A stretch of 64,000 nt of DNA, taken from positions 1-64,000 of the forward strand of contig JYFJ02001747.1 in assembly GCA_000934665.2 (NCBI GenBank). Direction: 5' to 3'. This document shows, piece by piece, positions 1 through 10,427 of this stretch. Within the stretch, counting starts at the first letter, position 1, and each line of letters starts with the position of its first letter. The notes beneath the pieces were generated by a model that was not told where the DNA came from, ran no database searches, and saw only the letters and a list, made by a program, of their open reading frames with translations. This DNA is from Catajapyx aquilonaris. Taxonomy: Eukaryota. The translations under genes were made by a program, and so were the position numbers.

Positions 1-118
1 CCTCCGCGAGAGGACCTGAAAATACCCGATTTTACCCGCATTTTCAATTTTACCCGCACCATTACCCGCAAGCGTCCGAAATACGGCACCGAAATACCCG
101 AACATTGGCATATCACTG
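1..118. mobile_element. Right end of a probable non-autonomous hAT-like element (truncated by window edge)
   Basis: Five TACCCG subterminal motifs within 100 bp, ending in TTGGCATATCACTG (reverse complement CAGTGATATGCCAA), a CAGTG...GCCAA hAT-type terminus. The partner terminal inverted repeat (TIR) is outside the window. Confidence 0.45.
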
Positions 119-276
119 GGATGCAGCACAGGCGGGTAGGGGGGTCTCTCAGTTCGGCCGTTCGGCAATAATCTTCTGAGGGGCAGGGCTAACAACTCAG
201 ATATCACGTGACCCATCTCAGAAAAATCTGCCGAATACGTCTATTATTCCCAACTTTGTCTGTCTTGTTCTGAAAG

Positions 277-1822
277 GTGTGCCGTGAGCTGGTGGAAGTC
301 CTGAAGCCATTTGAGGAAGTTACAGGCCAGATGGGTGGAGACAACTATGTGCCAGGATCACAAGTAATTGTGCTGACCCAAGGACTCTTGGCTGTGTGTG
401 CTGAGCTACGCACAATGGAATTTGAGACCATTGTTCTGTCTGTGGTGGCACAGCTGGAAGACGAGTTACGCTCACGTCTACCAAACATAGAGTTCAATGA
501 AACCCTGGCTCTTTGTACTTTCCTAGACCCACGTTTTAAGCTCATGGCTTTCTCAGAGGACGGGGCTACTGACAACATTGTGGAACAAGTTCATGCTCTG
601 CTATCAGCTGTGTCGTGTACACCATCAACACAATCCAGCTCACAACAATCCATCCCATCATCTAGTGGGTTATCAGCATTGGCAAGGTTTAAGGCCAAAG
701 TTACTGCATCTAAGCCAGCCGTGGCAGCTTCAGCAAGTGCCACAGCAGAGTTACAACGGTGTGTGCAACAATATTTTTCTTTTACAAGTTTTCATTTCAC
801 ATTTAGACTGTCTTCTTGATCATTCATTCTTGATGATGAATAGCTCATCCTGTCTTGGAAGTTCAAGTCAATAGGTGAATTCGTTTATGGCTGAGTGTAG
901 CAATAGTGTAGCTCCAACGAGAGTTCTGCATTCGTTTATGACGAGTGCTGCTCTAAAGGGGCGGGGCTTGGCGTAGCACTGCATTCGTTTATCCCAGAAC
1001 AAGGGTCGGGTGTAGCGCGAGTGTAGCTCTGGCCTGCACGCTCGTTCGGGAGGGTGCAAGTGGTGTAGCAGTGGGTGTAGCTCCTCTTCCACTGTGACGT
1101 TTCACACACGTGACCAGGCTGCGCTAGAGCTACACTCCAGTGCTACACTCAGCCATAAACGAATTCACCTAATAGTTAGAGAAGTTAGAGAGTTTAAGAA
1201 ATGCTTGATGGCAGATTCAAGTAATTTGATTTTATGGTGTTGATATGGTGATTGGACCACATGCTTGAAAATTTTGTTGACACTTATATCCATTCCTTTT
1301 ATTACCTCTCCCTCAAGTATGTCAAGAAATTAAACACTGTGGTTCTGCAGGGATGGTACATTACTTAGGGAAATTCTGCTTATTTAGCTGATTGCCAGGA
1401 AGCATTTTAAAATGTACCATCCCAAGGCTGCACTTGCCAATCTGTGCATGTTAGTGTGGTTTTCCAGCCTAAAATTTTACTGTTAATAAAATCTATGGGC
1501 CTCAGAAATGCCTGTATTATATTGCCAACAATTTATTGCGTCAATGTAAAATCATACTTTATTGGTTTTTCATCTTTTTAGTTACCTGGACGAGCCAATA
1601 CTGGAGCTGTCGGACGATCCCCTGCAATGGTGGAAGGACCGTCAGACAATTTTTCCACACCTGACCAAGATGGCAAGGGAGAAAATGTGTGTGGTGGCCA
1701 CAGCTATCCCTTGTGAGCTCACCTTTTCCAAGGAGGGCCTTTTAGTCGCAGACAGAAGAAGCAAACTGGCTGCTGATAAGGTCAAGAAGCTTGTCTTTCT
1801 CAATGCCAACTGCAAGGCATAA
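277..1822 (+). CDS. hAT transposase-like / ZBED-like protein, last two exons (277-758, 1582-1822), including the C-terminal hAT dimerisation domain
   Basis: Exon 1 has the LKPFEEVT and TFLDPRFK motifs. The GT(759)-AG(1581) intron joins CG|T in frame to give AELQRYLDEP..DPLQWW..FPHLTKMAR..ATAIPCELTFS..RRSKL..LVFLNAN*, the typical hATC domain. The N-terminus lies upstream of the window. Confidence 0.85.
873..1170. mobile_element. MITE with perfect 30-bp TIRs in the intron of the hAT-like gene
   Basis: AGGTGAATTCGTTTATGGCTGAGTGTAGCA at 873-902 and its exact reverse complement at 1141-1170. Flanked by AAT/AAT (3-bp TSD, PIF/Harbinger-group-like), or TA/TA if the TIR starts one base in. Internal GTGTAGC and CATTCGTTTAT repeats. 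Confidence 0.9.
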
Positions 1823-2159
1823 GCATTCGTTTTGATACTACTGTACACACAAGTAGCCCCTGTTTTATGACAAGGTTAAATTGGCAGCAAAATTGGGTGG
1901 TAAAAAGAGAATCGAAGTTAAAATGCACATGAGAAACAAAAGAAGCACCTACGCTTGTTTGGACTCAGGTGTTGCGGAAATGTGTTACTGTTTTGATTTT
2001 TTTTTTGTGGTTTTCGGGTTTTTACTTTTTTGAAACAATTTTCCCTTTTTGGGGGTAATTTTGAAAAGGTTGTTAATATGAACTGTTAACCTTCATAAAA
2101 ATAGGGGCTACCTGTGCATTATTAGTATGTAAGGCACCACCTGCATATTCACTTGTCCT

Positions 2160-2300
2160 ACCCAGGTGGCCTGGTGTGTTGTTGGGCATTCCAGCTATCA
2201 CTCAGGAGGTTTTGGGTTCAAATCCCATGGCTGATCAACCAGACTCAAGGCTTTCTACATTTCTCAGGATAATTGAAAGATGGCATCCTTTCGAAATATT
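2160..2300 (+). mobile_element. Degenerate tRNA-derived SINE head
   Basis: A-box-like GGTGGCCTGGTG and B-box GGTTCAAATCCC (2215-2226). No intact cloverleaf and no TSD seen. Confidence 0.5.
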
Positions 2301-2448
2301 GCCATGACAATTAATTACCTTTCCTTGCAATGTGGTTTCACTCTTGTGGAGTATATGAACATGACCTTTGTAATTATTAGTAGTACTGTATTACTTCTCA
2401 TAAAGTGGCATGCCAGTGTAGTCGAAGAGGAAAAAGAAGAGAGGAAAG

Positions 2449-2637
2449 ACTGGTATCTCTCTTAGTCTGTCTCCTATCCCAAAGACCTGTCCGACTTGGG
2501 TGGCCCTGCCAGTAGACGAAGCTACCGCCGGCATAGCTCTTGGGGTCACAGGAGAACGCAAACCCCACCACCACGATAAGGTGGAGATACCAGTAGGCCT
2601 CAGTAGGCCTATCACGGGGTACACAATAATTAAATTA
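2449..2637. mobile_element. RTE/BovB-like 5'UTR-derived segment (- strand) followed by a SINE-type 3' tail (+ strand)
   Basis: The minus strand CCTTATCGTGGTGGTGGGGTTTGCG...AGCTATGCCGGCGG...GCAGGGCCACCCAAGTCGGACAGGTC resembles the RTE/Bov-A 5' region as recalled. GGCCTATCACGGGGTA (2607-2621 region) is identical to the tail of the SINEs at 26511 and 26865. Confidence 0.55.
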
Positions 2638-2750
2638 TCACCGTATTTATTTCCAGTCCCGTCAATTGGACAGTCGTGGCCTTTAAACTATTTTTTAAAT
2701 GGGTAAGTGAAGGAGAGAATTATTCAAGAAAGGCGTTGAAAATAAAAATA

Positions 2751-3040
2751 CAGTTTAATCCGAATATAACAGCCTCGCTATTACTGACTCGAAAGGCAGG
2801 TCCCGCCATACTTCCATGTATGTCTTGTGTATTCGGCTATAACAGACCTTGGTTTTAACATACTGATTTCTACGGTCTCTTGAAGTGTGTTATATCAGGA
2901 TTCAACTGTAGCAGAAATCAGTCTGTTATAACCAAGGTCTGTTACAGCAGAAAACACAAACCATATATTGCAGTATGCTGGGACCAGCCTTTCAAGTCTG
3001 TTATAATTATAACCAAGGCTATTATATCCAGATTCAACAG
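2751..3040. mobile_element. pogo/Tigger-like MITE (2751-2908) plus an adjacent inverted truncated copy (2911-3040)
   Basis: TA|CAGTTTAATCCGAATATAAC ... GTTATATCAGGATTCAACTG|TA. The following 130 bp are the reverse complement of the first copy (ATAACAGACCTTGGTT vs AACCAAGGTCTGTTA) and end in ATATCCAGATTCAACAG|TA. Confidence 0.7.
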
Positions 3041-3183
3041 TAATTTATAACCATCCCAAGTCACCTGGTCGTTCCCCTTTGCCCAGAGCAGCGATTAGTT
3101 TGGTGGTTGGTTGGAGGAGCCAAAGAAACTGAGCAGCTATGTTTTCACTTCAGGAGACACCTCACTTTTACTACTTTCCTAAG

Positions 3184-3474
3184 ACCGAAGCAGTAGTGGT
3201 GTAGTGGTATGGTGTCCGACTGCTAATCGGGAGGTCCTGGGTTCGAATCCCGGAGGCCGGCGACCCTGACCATGGTTTTCTGTGGTTTCCCATGGTCCTT
3301 GCAGGATAATTCCGGGGTCGTTACCGTAATATAGGCCACAGCCGCCTCCTTCCTACCCTTTCCCTGCTTCATTCCGGTGATGAGAAAAATAGTAAAAAAT
3401 GGAAGAGTTCCAGACAAAAAATTGGGAGAAATCCCCCCCCTAGGAAAGCCCGTAGGCTGATAATGGGGTATCAA

Positions 3475-3562
<88 letters not shown>
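3184..3562 (+). mobile_element. Young full-length tRNA-derived SINE with (ATT)n tail
   Basis: A box TGGTGTAGTGG, B box GGTTCGAATCCC, a 3' stem-loop, and an (ATT)~30 tail. Perfect 16-bp TSD TTACTACTTTCCTAAG at 3168-3183 and 3563-3578. Confidence 0.92.

Positions 3563-3564
<2 letters not shown>
3475..3564 (+). repeat. (ATT)n microsatellite, the SINE tail
   Basis: About 30 uninterrupted ATT units. Confidence 0.95.
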
Positions 3565-3566
<2 letters not shown>

Positions 3567-4315
3567 TACTTTCCTAAGCTTGTATCTGCTGAAGGACAGG
3601 TGTGTATCTGCTGGGAAGGAAAGTTAGGTCATGGATGATGCTGGTACAGTGTGCCCCTACCCCTGCCACATTCAGTCTCCCGATATGAAAGTCTTTCCAA
3701 CTGAGCTATCTGGTGTAGGGGAGGGTGAGAGGGGAAGATATTTTTGGGCTGTGGGAGGAAATGGAAGAACCCCAAGAAAACAAACACAAAGAGAACCCCT
3801 CGAAATTATTTTTATTCAGAGAATGGAGTACAAGTAGACTGGACATCCAGGTATGGTAGTGATTGACCTCATTGCAAGGTATGTATCATGGACCTTTACT
3901 TATCCATATGGAAATACACCGGATCTTTAATTCATTAAACAAAATGCCTGGTATACATGCAGGGGAGAGTGGGTTTAGGTTTATTAGAAAGGAGCCTAAG
4001 CAACTATGGCTATCTGGAAAATACCTCCCTAAGCCAGGGTGACAGTGATGGGATTCTTAACTCTGACCTCCTGCTTGGCTGGCTGGATGCAAAGCACTAG
4101 ACCATGGTTTCCCCCAGTGATCATAATTACCAGATTTCATGATGAAAGGCTGTATCTAGTCTGTACCCTTGTGAACCAACAAATATTTTGTCACCTCATG
4201 CTCCTCACAATGGTAGTGTAGAAACTTTCCCTTCCTCCTCTTTGAACTTCAGGTGGTAAACTTTATCCCTCCCATTTCTGGATGGCGTGCTATATGGACG
4301 ACCACTAAAAGTCTA

Positions 4316-4620
4316 CACTGTACTGCTGATTATCCGGGTGAATGACTTCACGGCTGTCGCTGGATAATCAGAAAACACAGATAATCTGGAAATGGTTTTA
4401 GATACAGTACCATAAAAGTGAGCTGTTCAGTGGTTTTAAATGACCTACTGTACATACTGCATGCTGCTTTAAATTAGGTGTAATCACAATGATTAAACTT
4501 TCCACACATTTTTAGTTTGTCTTCTGGAAAATGTTTTTCTGTTTTCAAGACAGACATTTTGTCAGACTATTATTTATTTTCCTTTGTTTTGGCGATGCCT
4601 GGATAATTGGGAGTACAGTG
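4316..4620. mobile_element. Degenerate Tigger/pogo-like MITE
   Basis: TA|CACTGTACTGCTGATTATCCGGG ... CCTGGATAATTGGGAGTACAGTG|TA: imperfect TIRs with TA TSD and internal GATAATC repeats. Confidence 0.65.
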
Positions 4621-5347
4621 TATTTGTGTTTTCTTAGCCTCTTCTGCAGGGATGTTAAGGTAACATGTTAATTTGTAATATCTGGATGTGTAGAAAATAA
4701 ACATACGTAGGCAGCTGGAGCATCATGGTTAATGAATATTATTTTCAATAGGAGGATGTGACCCTTTTTAATTTCTAGATACTGTACGTTGGAATGACAT
4801 CATTAGCCAAGAAGCGATAGTGGGCCTGGATTAAAAGCAAAACCTCGGGAGTGCCCAAGTATGATTTTAGGTTGACGGGCACGATCAACCCCAAATATTT
4901 TAAATAATACTGTGCAAAGTAATTGTTTAATAACAAGCCACTTTGTAACAACAAGAAAATTCAGTTGAACCACATTACATATCAATAAGTTTCCATAAAA
5001 TGTGAATTTGAAGAGGTTTTTTCTTATCTGGGCAGCATTCCAGGAGCTTCGAAATTTGGAATAAAATTGCAATACAGAGCTGCATTGTGATGCACGTATA
5101 CATACATACACAACAAAATAACAACAGAGTTTCAAAATTTCTGTTCACACAGTTCCTTGCTTTCATTATGAGTACACTACTGAAAAGCAGCCCACAGATT
5201 TTCACAATGTGTGCACTTACCAGTTGTACAGACCTGCTTGCAGTAGAACTTCCAGTAATGTACATTCTACCTGGACAAGACCGCAACAGGTGGGTAGTTG
5301 TCTCTCTCATGCCCTGGTTCTGTTCCTTTGTGTATAGTAATAATTGA

Positions 5348-5588
5348 GGCACTTAGAACAAAAGTGGCCCAAGTCCATTTTTACTACTTTCGAGATATGA
5401 CCACCATCACGTTAAGAAGTACTCCCAAGTTGGTGCAAAATTAGTGCAAGTCCTAAGTTTGACATTTGGCCAATAGTTGGCATAATCTTATGTTTGCTCC
5501 AAGGAGAATTTCCTATGCCATGGAGCATTGCAGGTCAATTTTCGTAGCTTTATTTTTTGGGACTTTTGCCACTCTTGTTCTAAGGACC
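5348..5588. mobile_element. Degenerate MITE (Harbinger-like termini)
   Basis: GGCACTTAGAACAAAAGTGGCCCAAGTCC vs the right-end reverse complement GGTCCTTAGAACAAGAGTGGCAAAAGTCC. Confidence 0.6.
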
Positions 5589-5931
5589 TAAATTTCTACA
5601 ATGAAAAGACTGCTGCCGCTGTGGATAGGTGCGCATAAAAACCCAGAAGTAAAAACTTGTGTTTGTTTATTTGCAATATCACAGTGTCGACTAGAAAAAT
5701 CAGGTGCACAGAATGGACGGAAATTTGCGGTGATGTTTGATTTAAGTTGTGCAATAAATTTGTACGGACAACAGATAATACAATTAGTGATAATATTAAG
5801 CCATCTTGGTCCAGTCTCCCTTCAGTTCTCACAGTGTCCAAGGCAACAAACTCACAAGCAGAAAATGTGAAAATGTATTGGTGAAATAATATTACCTTAA
5901 ATGTTGGATTCAATTTGATCTATGAACCTCC

Positions 5932-8310
5932 TCATGATCCAATCACAGCCTCACTGACAGGCATGTTAATAATGGCAGTCAGCACTGGATGTGGACAGCT
6001 TTCCCTTATCAGCATAACCTTTATGTGATCTGAAATGCCCAGATCAGACACACACTCGACTCTGACTGAAAACTGGTAGAGTGCACCAGGGACCAGCAGT
6101 GGCAGTGGCAGAAGTGGAGTGAGTACCTTGTACAGCTTTTCATCACATGAAAAGACCACAGAGAGGCCCCTGGCAGCCTGGCTTCCTGCTGACATGTTCT
6201 GAAGGTTGAGCACCACCTTGAAAGACGGGCCCAGTCCCAGCACTTGAGCAGCGAGACGGAGGGGTTCAGTGGAGCTAGTGGACAGCGGGCTGCTCTTGGA
6301 CTGGAGAGCCTGGACATATGCACGGGCCATTTGCAGACGCAGATGGTACAAGTCATGCTGGAACAATGTGTGCATCACTGGGGAGGTGAAAAGAAGGAAC
6401 ATTACTAAAATCTGAATTCCGGTATGAATAATAGATATGGACTGAAGTGCTACTCACACACACAACTATCCCTTTCCCTCATAGTTTGGTCAACAAATAG
6501 CTTGGTCTTCTTGGGCACTTGCAGCTTACCAGATGCAGCAGATGATCTTCCCCCACAACTTGTTCCCATTGCCCCAGATGCGGTTCCTCCTTCCTTCTCC
6601 TCAAAATGCGCAGTCCTTTTGAGTATCTTGACCCCAAGGCCTCCCCCAGCCGTAACAAGCACCATGGCATTCTCCTCTCTCCCAAAGCGACCAAACCTGA
6701 GGGCAGACACGACCTCATCTGTCACCATAGTGTCCACCAGATGTTGTCCCTTATACATTCGGATGGTGCAGTCTGACAAGGAAACTGCCACTAAATGAAG
6801 GCCCAGTTGGCGAACATATACAGGCTGAATACTTGTTATGGATGAAGGGAGCCGGACCTGCCACTGGCGCTTACCCTGTGAAAGATGTTAAATCTTGTGG
6901 GATTCATTCTATGGGGGATAGTGATGTGGTCAATATTGAGTGATTTGCTCATACCTTATTAGAGTAGCTGTTGAGGGTATCATCCATAAGGCCGACAAGC
7001 ATGCTCTTGTCTCTTTGAAGTAGCCCCACCACTTGGGAGTCCAGCTTTACCAATGTTCGGGCAGTCTTCCATGCTCGCTTGAGCAGGCAGAGGTGCCCAT
7101 TCCTGCAGGCTATCACCAAGCGAAACTCCACATCGTACAGCCCGCAAGCTGTCAGGAACACCGGCACTCCTGGTAGTGACATCTGCCAGATGAGGAACAA
7201 CATGAAAAGCTGGACCCCTCAATTTGATGAATTTGCAACTCACCGTATCCAAAATAGTAAAAGCCTGTGGGTCGAGGACGTACACACTCTGGCTTTCTGT
7301 GCCAAGAACAAGGCAAGAGACAGCATCCTCTTCACTCATAGACTTCTTCAAGGCACACATGCATGTTACCACAGTCTGAAAGCACACATTAAATTCACTC
7401 ACTCTTAAGTTTTTTAGAATTATGATATTAATTCACACTTTTAAAAAAGACACATTTCAGCCATAATGTCTCATTTAGAAACTGGTAAGCTTTTCAATTT
7501 GAGGACACAGCACCTTGCATATTCTCTGACCTGTCTCTTTAACGGATGCCCCTTGTGCTGCTGCACAAATTCAGACCACTGGTCTCTTTCTGCTGCCAAG
7601 AACCTTTGCGACCTGGTGGTGAGTGAGGAGTCCCCAGCAGTATGTCTTAGGTTGTGCAGCATCTCATAGAGAACATCTACTTGCAGGTTCTCCTCTCTCG
7701 CTTGGCTCCACAGGTCCTTCTCTACCGGATTCACTTCCAGCGATGGAAGTGTGAACTTGAAGTAAGGCCGCATGTTCTTATAAACATAAATGTGGGATCC
7801 CGATGCTACTGCAACAGCAGGAATTCTAGGCTCGTTGGCATCCATGTAGAAGTCCACCACAGCTGTCGGGAGGTCCAGCACCGTGTTTTCTGACACCAGA
7901 GCAGTCCCACGGAACACCTTCAGCTTGATGCTAGCTGTTCCTGTGCCCAAGTCGGCCAGTACCAGCTTGTAGTCCCCATCACCACTCAAGTCAGCCAGGG
8001 CCATACACCCACTGAAGGTGTAGAGGGTGGCCAGAGGGTCCCAGTGTGCGGAAAGCCATCGAGATGAGGACAACGGAGGGGCAGGGGTTGCCGTCCTGAA
8101 TGAATCAATTAAAATGTGGACACTAAATTACCTAAATTAAAATCAGTCTGAAAGACACGATTCTACAGACAATATCCTTATTTTGGTAATAATAAGCCAA
8201 GATGTATGGAGCGCAGGATTCTACACGGTGCTGCAATGACTTCACCATTCTTGTCAACTTAATTCCTTCAAGCTTGCTTCTACTATTTACCTGATAGCTC
8301 CGGCCGACAT
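5932..8310 (-). CDS. BBS1: Bardet-Biedl syndrome 1 protein (BBSome subunit), 6 exons: 8310-8291, 8095-7531, 7375-7244, 7182-6955, 6875-6458, 6377-5932
   Basis: Spliced product MSAGAIRTATPAPPLSSSRWLSAHWDPLA..LADLSGDGDYKLVLADLG..YVYKNMRPYFKFTLP..SCLVLGTES..RFGRFGREEN..PKKTKLFVDQTMRER..GLGPSFK..AIINMPVSE. All introns are GT-AG and phase-consistent. Confidence 0.95.
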
Positions 8311-8599
8311 GTTCAGGTCCACCAGGGTTAGGGCACAGAACGAATCGTGCTCCTACAAAAGTAATCAATGGAAAACTCAGGTCGCGGCCTCCATCAAATA
8401 TTCGATTCCCACCACATTCGAGAAATGTGGCAACACCGCACCATTTTGGCCTCACAACAATTGGCCAAAATAAGGACGCGCAATGATTAAAAATTCAAAG
8501 CAAATTGTGAGTAAATAGAGTCGGTTGTTAAACATCAATCGGGTTCAATGACATTTGATCTGGAGGTGGCTGGGGGAGGGAGGGCAACACTCGAAGAAG
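8311..8599. promoter_or_regulatory. Probable bidirectional promoter BBS1 / MOB4
   Basis: Only 289 bp separate the divergent start codons (8310 on -, 8600 on +). No TATA box seen; GGCAACAC motifs at about 8429 and 8583. Confidence 0.6.
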
Positions 8600-9993
8600 A
8601 TGGCGGACGGAGCGGCGATCATCCGAAGAAACAGACCTGGAACCAAGGCAAAGGTGCGGCTGCTGGCGTGAGAAACTGGCGATTTGTGCTCACAATTATT
8701 GTCGAGCACCAGGGACTTGTTTTAATTAGGTTCAATGCCTGTGGGATGGGTCCACTGTCTTAGAATGGAATTGAATAAGGATGGGCCTGGGCCACTTCAT
8801 CATTTCTAGGGGTCTGTTAAAACTATTGTCGTGGTTCACAGCAGTCTTACCTGAGCTAAAGCCATACCATGCATGTGCAGGTACATCAGTTGACGGTGAG
8901 ATCAGGACACTTGCTGTAACCGGCACATGTTGCAGAATCATGCTACTATTTATTTACAATTACTCTTCTGCATGGTGGTTGCAAAAGGGCGTGAACAAGT
9001 AGCACAAGGCACATGTGAGCGGATGAACCTGCCTACTAGTTGGTAACAAGCGTTGATGACAATATGCACCATGTATGTCACAGAAACTGCAAAACGTTTT
9101 GCTTTAGTTCATAAGTTATCCGCTGGCATCCCAATCTTTTGGGAATTGCCTTGATGGATGATTGTAATGTTGAGTTTGTAAGTCAAATGTGAATTCTTGC
9201 CTGAAGGATTTTTGCCGGTGGCCGGATGAACCCTTTGAAGAGATGGACAGCACGCTTGCAGTGCAGCAGTACATACAGCAGCAAATACGAGTTGATGTGT
9301 CCAACATTGATAGCATCCTTACCTCTCCCGAGACCCAGGATGAAGGAGTGTGGAAATATGAGCATCTGAGGTATGATGAATAAACCATTTCTAATCGACC
9401 CTCTGTGACCCTGTTTTTGTCCTGGCAGGCAGTTCTGCATGGAACTGAATGGCCTGGCAGTGAAGCTACAAAATGAGTGTTTTCCCGAAACCTGTACCCA
9501 AATGACTGCCACGGAGCAGTGGATATTTTTGTGTGCGGCTCACAAGACCCCGAAGGAGTGCCCCGCCATTGACTACACGCGACACACATTGGATGGGGCA
9601 GCTTGCCTTCTTAACAGTAACAAGTACTTTCCCAGCAGGTTGGTGTTACTGCAAGTGGCCAATTTTTAAACTGTGTGATTCGTACTCTGCCTACTTTCAG
9701 AGTAAGCATCAAAGAGTCGTCTGTGGCTAAGCTGGGTTCGGTGTGTCGTCGGGTCTACCGCATCTTCTCTCATGCCTACTTCCACCATAGAACCATCTTT
9801 GATGAATTTGAGGTACGAATCCAGCTGTTAACAAGCATTTGTTATATTTTAAATGCTGCTTTTATTGTAGAATGAGACCCATTTATGTCGACGATTCACC
9901 TCGTTTGTGACCAAATACAACCTAATGTCCAAGGACAATTTGATTGTTCCTATCACGGAGGAAGAAGGTACTCCAGCTGAATCAGAGGCATAA
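8600..9993 (+). CDS. MOB4: MOB kinase activator-like 4 (phocein), 5 exons: 8600-8653, 9207-9370, 9429-9638, 9701-9812, 9871-9993
   Basis: [142 protein letters not shown]. Canonical splice sites. Confidence 0.97.
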
Positions 9994-10427
9994 GGGAGAA
10001 GACATGGTGAAGGATTTTAGTGTGGTGTGTCCTATTTACTGTTTGTACTGCCTTCAGTTTGATCTGATTACTTACTCAAGTGTTTAGAGGTATGTGTATA
10101 GTTAATGCAAATTGTAATTTTTTTCTACGCACATTAAAATATACAGCTACATGTCATCCATGAATAATTTTATTAGTGTACTCAAATCACCTTAACTTCT
10201 TTCATTTTCTGTTGCTTGATTTTCGCTTGTTCTGCACAGTCATGCTGCAGACTGTCAGTGACCCAGCTCTATAATTTTACGGTTTACTCCAGCTTTCTCT
10301 ACCCTTGACATGATGAATATCCCAAAATAAAAGTCAGGTCATGTAGCTTCTATTTACATAGCATTTTATTTGCACTTGATTCCTTGGATTGCTTTACATT
10401 TTTGCATCTTGTTTTCACACCATTGTC

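Noticed and set aside
3190..3260. tRNA gene (also 17075-17140, 26515-26595, 26870-26935)
   Set aside because: A/B boxes are present, but each continues into a SINE body and tail flanked by TSDs, with no complete cloverleaf or oligo-T terminator.
8311..8599. RFX X-box upstream of the ciliary gene BBS1
   Set aside because: Only GGCAAC half-sites are seen, with no full GTNRCC-N(0-3)-RGYAAC match.
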